From the human T2T-CHM13v2.0 reference genome, Homo sapiens: a DNA stretch of 64,000 bases. Within the stretch, counting starts at the first letter, position 1, and every line of letters starts with the position of its first letter. Location: NCBI RefSeq assembly GCF_009914755.1, contig NC_060942.1; one strand, written 5' to 3'. The notes under the pieces are model-generated. The model saw only the letters and a program-made list of their open reading frames with translations, was not told the DNA's origin and did not search any database. The position numbers were made by a program, and so were the translations under genes. Positions 40,966 through 54,436 of this stretch are shown piece after piece.

Positions 40966-43254
40966 CACTCTCACAGTATGGAGGGGTGTTGGAGACATGA
41001 GAGAGCTATGACAGACTGCAGGAAACAAAGAAAGAGAATACCCTAGACAGGGAGTCTCAGGAAGGCTTCTCAGAGGAGGAGACACCTGGGCTAAGTCTTA
41101 AAATATAGACTATAATTTCCCAGTCATAAGGGATGGGGTTTTCCAGGCAGAGGGAGCAGTACAGGAGCAAGCCAGGAAGAAGAGAAGCACCATGACATTG
41201 GGGGACCACTGGCTGGAGCTTGGCTTTCTAGGCAGGGAGTGGTGAGAGCTGAGCTTGAGGTAGAAGGCAGGGGTCAGATACCTGATGTCAGGGATGGATA
41301 CAGCAGTGCCCAAAACAGATAGTGCCTGCCCTCCCGGAACCTTCATTCTAATAGATAGAGAAAGTATATTAAAACACATACACTAATAAATACAAAATAC
41401 ATAATACGTCAGGTGGCAATGCATTTTGGCATTGTCAGTGGAGGAGACTTGTAGATGAGCATTTTTAATAGATTGCTATGGTGGCTGCTCAGCAGTGGCC
41501 TTGAGGAAGACCCAGTGGAAACAGGGAACTCCATAGAGACTGTAGTCCAAGCAAGTGACAGTGTAGGTCAGAATGAAAAGAGTGAGTTGGAGAGATTATT
41601 GGACAGGTGAGAGGGTGGCAAATAACCACATACACTCTGAAACCAGAGCACCTGGTTCATGTCCTGGTTCTGCTATTTCCTACCTATGTGGCTCCAGGCC
41701 TCAGCTTTCTTGTCTGCGAAATGGGGATGCTACTAACGTTCCCTACTTTGTAAGGGTGTTGTCCAGATTATGGGAGTCGAAGTCTTCAGGGAGCTTAGAG
41801 GAGTACTTGATGTACACCAAGTGCCCAATATATGTCAGCTATCACCATTACTTAGCTATGGAGTAAGAAAAACTTGATGAAAGCTTGATGGGAGCAGTGG
41901 AGCTGAGGGAGGAGCCCCCACCCTCTGGCTAGCTGGAGAGACATCAAGAGGAAGAGCAGGTTGGGGAATACGGTTGTATGCATAGAGTTTGAAGAATCCA
42001 AGACATCTGGTGAAGATTGCAGGCAGGAAGTTGGACAACTGAGTCTGAGCAGAGGTCTGGGCTGGAGATAGTCATATGGGGTATCATCAGTACACTGTGT
42101 GAGTTGACACATGGGAGTGGCTGAGATCCCTGGAGAGTCATAGCATGAGAAGAGCAGGTGGTCAAATACGGAGAATTCCCCAACAGTTAAGGACCGGATA
42201 GAAGGAGAGAGACTCACCAAGGAACATGGCAATGGCAGTCCCAAAAGTTTAGGAAAAGCCTAGAGCATGTGAGATAACAGAGACCAAGGATTCCAGGGTG
42301 GGGTCAACAGCCAGGCATCTGCAGGAGACAAACCACTAGGTCACAGGTCACTAAAATATCACTGACATGAAAGAGATGAGAACAAGTTTTTTAGGAGAGG
42401 CATGCTTAGAGAGGGCTGGGAGCCACAGGAGGCCAACCTAGAGAAGCAACAGCAGATCTCAAAGCTGACTGTAGGCTGGTGGGGCTGGTTACTGCTGGGA
42501 CTCTGCACCTGAGTGGGGTCTGAAAATCTGAGGCCAGAGCAGAGCATCCACAGAGAAACACACCAGGACCTTCCTCCATCCCCCATTTCCCCCACAAGCC
42601 ACTCAGTCCCCTTCTCTTAATGAATGTCATCCAAATGTCTAAAGAATATCTGTTAGAAGAGGCACCAAACCAGATGTTTAAGGCAAAGGAAGGTTTCCAG
42701 GCAGAGATGGAGCCAATGGAGTCCAGTGAAGAAAGGCCCCATATATTTGAGCTGAAGAAGCTCATTGGCTTGACAGTGGGGGGGAGAAGGTCACTGGAGA
42801 ACTGAACCATGGCTGTGGGCAGGCACAGCTGAGGAGAGTGCATGGTTCAGAAGTGGACGGAAGTTGCGGAGAGGAAGTAGGAAGTGTGGGATGGGAGAGA
42901 AGGGAAGAGATCAGGCAGGAACTGCAGGGCACTGGAGCTAAGGGAGGGTCTTTTTGCTTTTGGGTAGGGGAGGCTTGCACATGAGCTAGCACAGAATGGA
43001 AAACTGAAGACAAGGAGGGAGTTGAGAGAACAGGTGATGGGAAGGAGAAGACAAGAGGTAAGGCCACAGTAGGGGGCTGGAATTGAGCAAGTCCAGGGAC
43101 TCAGACCGTGGGTCTCCATTATATAGAGGAAGAAACTCAGGCCTGGGAGAGTAAGTAACAGATCTGAATATTGGAAGGGTCCAGATCTTTGAAAGGCCAG
43201 TTCCTACTCCTGATCAGGCTGTAGGGTTCAGCTCACACTTGACCATTCAATCAT

Positions 43255-43545
43255 TTGATCATTCATTTATTTGTTCACTCAACAAATATTTTCTAGCCCT
43301 TCCAGTGTGAGCTATATGAACCAGGCACTCTTCCACGCACTTTGAATGTATTACTTCACTTACTGCTCACAGTAACCCAGGAGGTAGGTATTATTATTAC
43401 TTGACATTTTCAGATGAGGAAACTGCAGCACAGAAAAGCTGAGTAACTCACCTGAAGTTGCACAGCTCTTGAGTGGCAGAGCGAACCTTCAAAGCCAGGC
43501 TGTATGGCTCCAGAGCCTCTAGACTTAGCTAATATGTTGTTCTGC
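43255..43545 (-). mobile_element. L2 tail plus MIR
   Basis: cattcatttatttgttcactcaacaaatattt; attttcagatgaggaaactg...gtaactcacctgaagttgcacagc. Confidence 0.75.
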
Positions 43546-44384
43546 CTTTCCAGAAAAAAAAAAAAAAAAAAAAAAAAAAAAAGCCCTAGGAGTGAGGAAA
43601 CCTGAGTTCTAGTCTTGCCTTTGCCATCTCCTCACTGGGGGTTCCTGGGCAAAATGCTTGGTTTGACCCCCTGTCTCCAGTCTCTAAAGAAGGGGGTGTA
43701 TTGGGTGATTTCTGTCATTCTTCCTTTCAGAGAAAGAGCCCAGAGAACTCGGGGCCTGAAGGGTCTGGCCACCTGTCCTCACTGAGCAGCCGAGATGGGA
43801 AGATGAAGACAGACCCAGCCGTCTCTAACCCCACACTCAGAAGGTGTTCCTTGAGTCTGGGAGGGTGGAGAGTGGGGATCTCTGCCTCCTTTTTTCCCAG
43901 CTGACACCCACACCTCTCTCTGAGCAGCTTCCACTGCAGGAAAACTAATAAGGCTGGCATTTTATGATCCCCCACCTTCGATGACAACAGGCAATTTGAA
44001 GAGTCAATAAAAGATGTGCTGTACCAAGGGTGTTTTATGGCTTATCAAACCATAAAGCCACACAGCCGTTTGACCAAGGTGCTGGAAAGGGGTTATAGAA
44101 GTGAATTCACCAGCCCTTTGTCCGGGGGGGCTTCCAAATTAAGGCACATGATGGATCAGCTGCAGGGGGAAGGGGCAGGTGTGTAAAGGAGTCTTTCTGA
44201 GCATGTTGGATTCTGGACATAGGCTTGGAGAGCTCCTCAAAAGATGGAACTCTCTAGGTATGATTACGAAGGCCCCTGAGAAACCCCAGAGATCCCCCCA
44301 TCATCCTGTCCTAGGATGTTTAAAATCCCTTTCCTATGGGCCTAGCTTTCTGACCCTGAGGCCTGTGGCCTAGGGCAGTAGCTG

Positions 44385-44520
44385 CCTTTTGGTCTGAAAC
44401 TAGCTCCTACTGCCCTCCAACTGTGTGACCTTGAACAAATCTCCCATCTCACCACACCTCAGCTTCCTTATCCTGTAAAACAGAGATAATGATGCCCACA
44501 TGTTTGGCTTGTTGGGAGGA
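44385..44520 (+). mobile_element. MIR SINE
   Basis: ctgtgtgaccttgaacaaat...cctcagcttccttatcctgtaaaa. Confidence 0.7.
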
Positions 44521-44654
44521 CCTGGCCCCAGGAAACTGCTCAAGACGTTGGATGTGTCGGGAGAGTGGAGGTACAACTTCCCCTGAAAGAGAACCCAAGC
44601 CCTGACATCCATACTCAGGTGTCACCAATAGCTCTCAGGACATTTTCTGAGAGC

Positions 44655-44928
44655 ATCCATCTATCCATCATCCATCCAATGACATGCATGAGCACCTGCT
44701 CTGTGCCAGGCACTGTGCCAGGCCATCGTGATGAGCAAACACTAAGCCCCTGCCTGCTGGAGCTCACAGGCTAGTGAGAAAAGGAGGTGATCCATGCATA
44801 AGGTTGAGGGTGTATGGGCTATAAAGAAAGATAAAGTGGAGTCAGGGGTAGCATGATGAGAACATGCTGCTTTCAAGGGACTTGCACGCTAATGACAAGG
44901 AAATGGACAATGAACCACGAGCAGATAA

Positions 44929-44967
<39 letters not shown>

Positions 44968-45230
44968 AGGGTGCTAAGGCAGAGAACGATGGGAATGTCA
45001 CTTAGAAATGACATTTAGGCAAGGACTGAAGATTGAGAAGGAGCCAGATGTGCAAATAGTCAAACAAGAGGTGTTCCAGGCAACAGCAAGTCCCTGAGGT
45101 GGGTGAGAGTTCTGCAGGTCCACGAAAGTGCAGAGGAGCCCAAGTGGTGGGAGACAAAGAGGAAGGGCCTGAGCCAATGGCTTAGAGTTGGGATGGAGTA
45201 GGTTCACCTGCTGCACCACACAGCATTGTG
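44655..45230 (-). mobile_element. L2 fragment containing a (TG)n tract at ~44931-44963
   Basis: gagcacctgctctgtgccaggcactgtgccagg...ctggagctcacaggctagtg. Confidence 0.7.
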
Positions 45231-45255
45231 CTGCTCTCACCTGATCTTTGTGATT

Positions 45256-45714
45256 GTAGTAGTGCCCTGTTGCTGCTGCAACAAATCACCACAAACCTAG
45301 TGGCTTAAAACAGCAAGAATGTATTCTCTCCCAGTTTAGATGTCAGAAGTCCCCTGTGAGTATTAAGGAGCTAATATCAAAGTGCTGGCTGGGCTGGTTC
45401 CTTCTGGGGGCATGGGGGAGAATCTCTTCCAGCTGCGAGAGGCTGCCAGCATTCCCTGGCTCCTGCCAAACCACTCCAATTCCTGCTTCCATCATGGCAT
45501 TGCCTTCTTGGACCCTGGACTTTCTGCCCCGCTCTTATAAGAACCCTGTGATTGCATCAGGCTGACCCAGATAATCCAGAAAAACATCTTATCTCAAGAC
45601 TCTTGACTTTATCATAGCTGCAAAATCTCTTTTGCAATAGAAGGCAAAGTATTCACAGATCCTGGGGATTTGGGCATGGACATCTCTGGGGGACCACTAT
45701 TCCATCTGCTGCAG
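45256..45714 (-). mobile_element. MLT1 (B/C/D-like) solo LTR
   Basis: gctgctgcaacaaatcaccacaaacctagtggcttaaaaca...ggacatctctggggggaccactatt. Confidence 0.85.
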
Positions 45715-46925
45715 AGATGTCTTGTGGCCCACATGTGGCTGGTGGCCTGAGAAGAGCCTGCAGGTTCCAGGGCCCCCTGCAGTAAAGTCACAGCTTTGTA
45801 CTCCAAGCCAGACCCACCTCTCTGACCAGGAAGTCTTGCTCCCACCCTGATGTCAGGTCTTTTTCACTGGGGAGCAGGGAATTCTCCTGCCTGGACCTGC
45901 CATTCCCTTTCCCCACCCACCTCCTACACCATCCCAGCCTCAGCCATCTCCTCCCTCACGGCCTGCAGGAGAGGCTCACCCCTCCTTGGTACCTCACTGA
46001 GCCACACTGCCCCCCTACCACTCCTCATCCACATCTTGCTTCCTCTGCTCAGCATTCCTCACCAGGTACTCATTAGGCAATGAGGATGTGCAGCAGCAGG
46101 ACCTGGGGACACAGGGAGTAAACCCTAGGACTTTCGTCACAGTGGGAGGAGCAGTGAGTAACCGGCAAGTTTTTAGGGAAGGATGGGGGGATGCTGTGGA
46201 AGTTCAGAGGAAGGCCACACGACTGGGCCATGGGCTGGGGCATTTCAGGGGAAGGAGGCCGTTGAAGTGGTCTGGCAGGTGCCCGACTCCAGCCCTCAGC
46301 CACCTCCCCCTGCTGGCCACACAGCCTGCACCCAATGAGACACCACCCTGTGCTCACTCTCAACCCAAGTCCATGTAGGTGTGCCTTTTGAAGGAGGGCT
46401 CCCAGGCACCACTTTTCCACACAGGGCACAGTGCAGACCAGGTGCCCATACAACCTCAGCACTTGCCAGCTCAAAGTCAGAAAGGTCGGATGTAGAGAGG
46501 TGGTGGGCAAGGGGCCAGCCTGGTCCCTCCCTTAGCTCCTCTGGCTAATCTGACCCACCTCCTACCCCCTCATGTCCACATTGATTTTGTAATCACCAAT
46601 ACCCCTGGCTCCTTCTCATCCTACCTACGTAAGCCAGGGCCAGGAGGCCTAGGCGGCTGCTCCATCAGGCATTAGGTACAGGCATTAGCCATCCTTGTGG
46701 CTCCATGGGGAATGCTAATGCACCTGTTCTTTCTGGAAGCCAGTTCCCTGGGCCCTCCCTACCACCTCTCCAACTCCATTTCCACACCAGGCTCCTGCTG
46801 CCCTCTCCCAAAGAGTGAATTTCCTGAACTGATGGGCCACTCCAACTCTCCCACTCCCCACCTTGCAAAGGCTGGGACATGGATCCAGGCAGCCACCCAA
46901 ACTTCACCCATGCATGGATCAGGAT

Positions 46926-47080
46926 CAGTGGTGTGTAAATATTTAACAACCAGCTCCTAGGGGAGAAGCCCTGAATAGGAGTGTTTGCCAATTTCCATGG
47001 TGTAAATACCCTCACTGTGGCCAATTTCAAGTTACTAATGGATTAAAGAGTGCCATGGAGCCAGCTCCAGCACGCCCCCA
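46926..47080. mobile_element. MER63A-like hAT MITE
   Basis: cagtggtgtgtaaatatttaacaaccagctc...tttgccaatttccatggtgtaaatac...gagccagctccagcac. Confidence 0.7.
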
Positions 47081-47204
47081 CAAAAACAGTGCTGAAGAGA
47101 CCCACTTGCCCCAACATGGCTTCTCCACAGCCTGGCATTGTTCCCTCCATTACAGTGTCACCCCTATCATGAAGGCAGGGCTCTCTTCCAAGCCAGGGGG
47201 AGTG

Positions 47205-47435
47205 TTAAGATACGGCCTTTTGAGTCAATCTGATCTGGGGTGAAATCCCAGCTGTGTCATTGAAATAAGGTAGATGGGTTTGCGGAAGTTGCTGAACATT
47301 GTCAGACCTCAGTCTCCTTATCGGTAAAATGAGGTTGATATCATTTACATGAGAAACATGAGGATTACATGAGATCCTGTATGTGAGGCACTTAGCACAG
47401 CACCGGTCAGAATCAGCACTCAATACACATAGCCA
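47205..47435 (+). mobile_element. MIR SINE
   Basis: cctcagtctccttatcggtaaaatg...gaggattacatgaga...gcacttagcacag. Confidence 0.8.
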
Positions 47436-48371
47436 GCAGTGGGGACTGAGACCCAGAGAGCATGCTTCTAAGATATGAGGACCCTCAAGGAAATGCTGAC
47501 AGGGACACTGCACCTGGCACAGTCCCTGGCCCTTTCCATGCTTCTTAAGAATTGGACTGGGATCGGTTCTTTGCCTTAAGGTTGGAAAAGTACTGCTATG
47601 TCTAATCTGCAAACACAAAAATATCAGCCCCACATATAGACAGAGTCTTCTACATTTTGTGATTTTAGGGGCACAAAGAAGATCTCTTGACTCAAATAAT
47701 ACCTTTCACACCTGCTCAAAGACACCTAAAATCCCAGCATGGCAGCTTCATCCCAACACTGGGCTGTCATCATGCACTCCTTCCTCAGAGTGGGTGAGCA
47801 TCAAGATGAAAGCATCGGGTGAAAGAGACTAATGTCACCTGACGCTTGCTGGCCAAAGGAGGGCACTGAATATGAGGGGCAGTGTGCACAGAAAGGTGAG
47901 CCCAGGGAGAAGGAGGCCTCTGGACAAACCTAATGGTGTCCTGGTTTTACTCAGACAAGCCCTGGTCTGGATGGAAGGGGATGGCAGCAGCTCCCCATGC
48001 CTTTGTTATTTGAGGAGCACTCAAGTCTGGGGCAGTTGACAGCAGTGGCTCTGGACGCAGTGACCTCCACAGCTGGAAGCCAGGCCCAGACCAGCAGGGC
48101 CTGTAAAGAGGCCTTGGTTTGGGTCATCCCCAAGGCCCAGAGCTGCTGGAAGCTGAGAATAGAAAAGATTTGTTTGAATTCCTAGACTCATATCATCACT
48201 TCAAAGATCACTTTTAGTAACATCGATGGGGGAGGGGAGAGGCAGGAGAGCAGGTAGTAACTACTGAGAATAAAAGCATCACTTAGTAGTTTGGTTTGAA
48301 ATAAAAATCTTACCCAGGCAACGCATGGGCCAGCCTAGGCCCGGGAAGTGATAAGGAGATGGACCCTGGAT

Positions 48372-48835
48372 TAGAGAAAATACAAGACAAAAGGAGAGTG
48401 ATGAGGGAGAATAGGAGGAGGAGATGAAGAGGAAGAAAGAAGAGACGAAAATAAAGGAAAAACAGGGAAGGAGAAAAAAAGGGTAAAAGAGACAAAGAAA
48501 GAGAGAAGGAAAAGCGAAGGAAGGAGGTAGAGAGGAGGACAGGGAGGAAGACAGGGAGGAAGACAGGGAGGATGGAGGGAAGGAAAGAAGGAAGGGAAGA
48601 GGAGAGAAAAAGGAAGGGAGGGAGGGAGAGAGAGAGGGAGGGAGAGAAAAGTGAGAAAAGGAGAAAGACAAGGAAGAGACAGAATAAAAGGAAGGAAAGA
48701 GGATGAAAAGAAGAGGTGGGAGAGGAGGAAGAGGAGAGTGTGGGGCCTGGCAGATGAGGACGGAGAGCTCGGGGAGGGGCAAGAGGAAGGACAGCAGAGG
48801 GGAGCAGCAGGAAGGGAGGAGAGAGGAGACAGAAG
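48372..48835. repeat. Polypurine (GA-rich) low-complexity tract
   Basis: About 460 bp, mostly A/G on the + strand, including a short gacagggaggaa tandem. Confidence 0.92.
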
Positions 48836-48944
48836 ACCTTGAGAGTCTTACATCTTGATCAAGGCATGACTGATAACATTCCAGCAGACCATCTTTCAGG
48901 CCCCTTGTTTGATGACAAAGCTTATCCCCCTTCCACCATCCATT

Positions 48945-49165
48945 ATCGGCTCTCCCTCCCCGAGGCAAGAGCATCAATAATGCTCCCTCTTCGAGATGCG
49001 CGTCCCCCACGCTGAACGAGCAATGCAGGGCCGGCCATTGCTGGTGGGCATTCCCGGCCGCACATCATTACCGTCCTCCAATCCTTCACCCCACCTGCCG
49101 GGCCGCTGACCACCCTCCTCCGACGTCCCCCTCCTGCAGCAAGCTTCTCTTCTGAGGGCGGGACC
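48945..49165. promoter_or_regulatory. Small CpG-dense non-repeat segment (candidate regulatory element)
   Basis: About 16 CpGs in ~220 bp by hand count, in an otherwise CpG-depleted window. Confidence 0.5.
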
Positions 49166-49699
49166 CCAACCCCCAGGCAGGCAGCCAGAGTCTCCACCAT
49201 TGCTGGTGGATGATCTCTGACAACTTGGTATCAGGGCTTGGTTTTTAAAAATTATTGTTTAGTTTTGTTTTGCTTTAATTAAGAAGGAGATCAAACTTCC
49301 CCATTCTGGTTGGCTCTTCCAAGAGGCCTAACAGTTTGAATTTGAATGCAAACATCTTCAAACATCTGTTGCCATAATTTGGTTGGATTAACTGTCTAGT
49401 TTGCTGGGCCATCTGCTGTTCCCCCAAACCCCATCACTGTCTCTTCCCCAGGCCAGGCCAGATATCACACCTCTGCAGGTAGAGGAAGGGTTTCAGAGAT
49501 AATCCCAGTCAAAGCCACAAGTTTTCTTTCAGTAAAACTTGGAAACAGACTGGCCATGACCCATGGGATGCCAAATGCCATTAAGGGGAACCTAAAGAGG
49601 GAGAGTTGTGTCTGAACAGCTGGTGAGTTTACCCCTTGGGCCTGTATGCTCTTAAAGGGGCATTTCTTCTTCCACCAGTTGAGCCTTCCTCGCCCAGGC

Positions 49700-49822
49700 C
49701 AGGGCTGCCATGCAAGGATGCTGGGATTACATCCTGCACAGCCCCACGGGCTCTGTTCTACATGAAAGGCATTGCTGGGGTTGTGCAGTAGACAACCTGT
49801 GCAGCTGCATAGGGCAACCCTG
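49700..49822. mobile_element. Short hAT MITE (MER91-like)
   Basis: Inverted ends cagggctgcc...ggcaaccctg; gtgcagtagacaacctgtgcagctgcata. Confidence 0.55.
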
Positions 49823-52609
49823 TTCTCAGTCTCTGCCAGAACTTCCCTCCCTTTGCTTGGCATTCAAGCACCTTTCATGGTGCTTCTTCTACAAGACAAA
49901 GGCACTGGCAGGAAAGTCAAGGAAAACCCAGATTTTCCTCTAGTCTCACTGTCCAGCCAGCGTGACAAGTGCCTCCACACAAGAGAGGATCTCCCAGTTC
50001 CTACCTGGGCACACCAAAAAACACACCCACTCCGCTATGGAGAAGCTCCTCCTAGGCTGAGCTGACATTCAGCAACCAGGCCCTGCCCTAGCTCTTCAGG
50101 GGTGGACCGAGGATTCTAGAGCTCCAGCCACCTGCAGACTCCTCAACAGACTTCCAAATGCACCAGTGTGGAGGATCCTGGGATATGCTTCAGAGGCTTA
50201 GCTTGGGGACTGCGCACTCCCATGTGTGACCCCAGGGCTGGTTTCAGTGAGGCCAGCCAGAAACCATTGTCAGGCCATGCACAATAGGGTGTGGCAGTAA
50301 CATAAGAAGAGAGCAGGAGGTATTAGGATCTCTGGATTTGCTCTTCCTCCACAGCCTCCCATGGAAACTGCCTTCTCTCACCCTCCCTCATTTGTCCCTT
50401 CAGCCAGATCAGCCTCCTCATGGTCCCCGCTAGACTGTGTCTGCCCTTTGGCTCATGCCATTTTCTGACCCACCTGCCTCACTCCATCTCACTCAGCCCC
50501 AACATCCAGCTCCATCCTCCTTCTCCATGGCGCCCCCCCAGAAACAATCCTCCAGTTTCAAACTCCCATGGCAGTTATCAGTTCCACACAGGTGACAATT
50601 ATTATCTACTTCCTCCTATTATTGAATTACTTGATGTCATTTGCACACACATGGTCATGCGGTATTTATGAACATGCATGGCTGAATAAATGAATGAATA
50701 AATCAATCAATCTGGTATCAGTATTATAACTAAGGTCCCAGTGCCTTTGCAAAAACCATGTGCATATTCAACATATAGATATAAGACCTACAACCCTGAA
50801 CACCTGTAACTGATTCCAAGGTGTGCAAGGGTTGGCAGATGCCACTGGGAGAGCGGTCCATTTCACTGGTAGCTGCAAACAAAGTCAGCCAGTTAATAGA
50901 AACCTGTTTCTAATTGCTTGACATATAATAGATACACCTCCAAGCAGCTGAGACCACCGAATCCCATTCAAAGCCCTGCTTCCCGGCTTACACCTAAGCC
51001 TTTCATGTTTTATTAGAGCCCTGCACATTTCATTTCCTTTTATGTGGGGAAGAAAATGGACCCTTGGTTCTAGAAGGGGCATTCACAGACACACTTTTAC
51101 TTATTGAAGGGCAGCTTTGTAGAAAGCAAACCCCCTGCCTCGGGTTTGTGGATTCAGGTTCAAGGAAGGTGGAGAAGACAGCGGTCACTTTCTCTCCCCC
51201 AGTATCATCCAGAAACATGAAGATCTCAATCACATCCAGCCCAGGGTGAGACCCTGTGTGAACACAGCCATGTAGCCCCTGCTCCCCACGCTTGTACACT
51301 TAGCTGCCACCCCAAGAGCAGAGCAGCCCCCACAACACATTCCCAGTGTGGCCAGTGTCTCAGAGTGGACAAACCAGCAAAGGCAGTCATAAATCAGGGC
51401 TCCCATCACTCCCACACCCCATCTTCCCCTGACTCTCCCAGCCTGGACATGGAGTCCACCCACAGCTCTGCTGGCAGAGGACCGGCAGCCTTGACCCCAC
51501 CGGCCGGCAGTGGCCTGGAATCCACCATCCTGCTCAAACTCGGACACGTACTGGGGATTAAAACACCCTTCACCCCCCAGGGGCCCAAGAGTGTCAGAAT
51601 TTCCAGCCTGCTCCTGTCCTTCTGCTCCAGCCAGAGGAGCAGGAGGGGCTTGTGCACTGCACTTGCCTGCTGTGTCCTCCCACCCCTGTTGGACTACAGC
51701 CTAGGCTCAGAGGAGACACCAGGCCCAGCTTTTGTCCTGCTCCCTAGACCACACCCCCAGCCACAACCACCAGCCAGGTTCCTGTCACGGCTGGACAGCT
51801 CCCTCCAAAACTCGGTGTGGAGAATTGCCCCTGCCAGGAAGCTTCTTCCATGCTCAAGCCTTTATGAGACTTGAATTTTCAGAGCAGAACTGCTGGGGCA
51901 CTGCAGCTCCTGCTGGGTGGTTTTCAGGGGCCATCTTCTGTAGCTGGGCCAGTCCCTGCAGCCTCCCACTCCTGCACCATGACAAGCGAGGCCCTTGGTA
52001 AGCCTCATCACATTGGCAGCAGTGCAGCTGCTCAACCTTTATGAAACAATAGGTGTATGCAAGGCCTGCCTTTTTGCATATCATGTATGATCCATTTCAA
52101 AAGCTTCTGAAGCTCATACTTGGGTCTCCTGCATGGCACGTCACCTGCCCCAGTGACACAACTACTAAGTGGCCGAGGGGAAATTTAAACCCCAGTGTCC
52201 GAAACCCAAACTCCTTTCACATCACCACACTGCCTCCAATAGCAGGGGGACCTGAAAGGACCATGTATCAGCCCCAGTCACCCTGACCAATCAGCTAGCT
52301 GGCTACTCCAGTACCACACTGGTACCTCCAGAAACTACGAGCCTGGACTAAGTAAATGACCTTCTCAGTAGAACAGGGTCGTATTTCCAGCAAGGGTAAG
52401 TGAAGAACTGGGCTTGTCTACAAGAGCCTCCAAAAATAAAAACTGCAGCTGAAGCATCTTAGAGAGAGGGGACAAGGATAATGCAGAATTGGACCCAGAT
52501 CAAGAACAGTGGCACCACTGGTTCTGTGTCCAGACTGGAAGAAGCAGAAGAGAGCAGTGAGCTTTCCCTTCACTGCAGCCAAAGCAGGCTTGCAGAAGAC
52601 AAAGTCAAT

Positions 52610-53150
52610 CCCACATCTTTCTGCTGAAGGCCTTTCAATGGATCCCTGGCTCTCAGGATCAAGACCATCATCCTTGCACAGCCCATAAGGTCCTGCATAG
52701 CAAGGCCCTGCCCCCTCCAGCCTCCTTATACACATGGACCCTTGCTCAGGGGACCCTAGCCCCACCCAGGGTCCTTTGGTTCCTCCCACAGCATGCTCTG
52801 TCCTGTATCTGGTTCCTGCCTGCCCTCTGCTCCTGGGTGACACCCTAACTTTTGCCTTCAGGTCACAGCTCTGTTACATGCCCCTGAGGGAAGCTTTCTC
52901 TGAGCCCCAGACAAAGGCCGGTTCTCCCTTCTGCACACTCTCATAGTGCCTCCTGCCTCGCCCTTGTAACAATCACCACCACTGTCATCTGACTTCGTTG
53001 TTTGATGATTGGTTACAATCTACCTTCCTATAGACTGTAAGCTCCATGAGGGCAAGTACCATGACTGTTCCACTCATGGTATCCTCAGTAGCATAGCACC
53101 TGGAATGTGATAGGTGCTCAGAATCCGACTGTTGCATGAGCAAAGGAACC
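52610..53150 (+). mobile_element. L2 3' fragment
   Basis: tagactgtaagctccatgagggca...tagcacctggaatgtgataggtgctca. Confidence 0.75.
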
Positions 53151-54436
53151 CAAGAATGCTTCATCAAAAAGTGAAGGTTTGGAAACTGATGCAATAATAG
53201 GGTGGGATAGACACTTCCTGGGAAACTGGAGGGTGGGGGAGGCATGCCGTTGCTTTGGAAACATGAACCCTATGCTCAAAATGTCTGGTCCATCCCAACC
53301 CTGCCCTGACTCCAGGACCTGGCCCCACTCTGACTTGGAGGCTCAGCCTTTGCTAGACTATGCACATTTCTACAGTTTGCAACCCTCTCATCTGATGCAG
53401 CATTCTCATGTACAACACACCCCCATCCCATTCCCGTGGAGGTAGGCATTATCAAATAGCCCCATTTTTCAGATGAGAAAAAAAACAGAGGCTCAGGAAG
53501 GCCAACTGGCTAGCATAGTGTGACATGTTATTAAGAGGCAAAGTCAAATGTAAGCCTAGGACTTCTCCCCATACATCTGGCACAGATTTTCCAGTAGCCC
53601 TCAACATGTATATGACTTGGATAAAAGTGGGGTGAGGGGGAAGCAGAATCCCTGTTACTCAGCTGAGTGCTTTACCCCTCCCTCTACTGACAGAGTGAAG
53701 CATGGAGCCTCCTTTGTCCAGAAAACAAAATACCTCTATGAAAGGGAAGTCATGGGGAAAGACAGTGATGTCTGTTTGCATGAGGAGGGGAGGAGCCTGG
53801 AGATTCCAACTAGTTTTAAGCAAATGTTCAACCAGTCCACCAGATGCAGCCTCATGCCTCATTCTCATCCTTTGGGATAACTTGGGGCCTCCATGCCAGG
53901 GTCCTCAGAGGTCCTGCAGGACAAACTGCTCACTTCTCCTGAGCCTTCCCCTCTGCAGATCCTTAGAGTGTAATATCTGCCACTCCACTATCTCAAACGT
54001 ATGCCTCAATTCCCTCTCCGTCTCCCAAAACATTGTTAAAATCCTCCATGCCCTGCTGTCTCCTCCCCTGTTTTCTTCACACTTGTGACAACACCTTCTT
54101 AATTTCTCTGCTATCATCATAGTGCATATTTTAAGTTGGAAGAAATATGTTTTATTGAAAAATGTTTGGTGGAATAAAGTATAAAACTTGGATTCTGCTG
54201 AAACTTCGATTGTGCTGAAATTGTCACCTCTAACGTCTATGTTGATAACTGTCAAGTGGTTATCTTTGTCAGTTCTATCCCAGTATAACTCCAGCTTCGA
54301 GATAAATACCCCTACCTGTCACAAGGCAAAAAGCAGAGGACCCTGTAAAAGTTCCATTCTTTGTCTATGGCCCCATCGTGATTCAAGTTACTTGGGCTTT
54401 AAAAATGCGAAGACCTCAAATGCATCTCCATTACCT

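Noticed and set aside
48279-49010. 243-aa minus-strand ORF
   Set aside because: It is the Ser/Leu/Phe/Pro read-through of a polypyrimidine tract.
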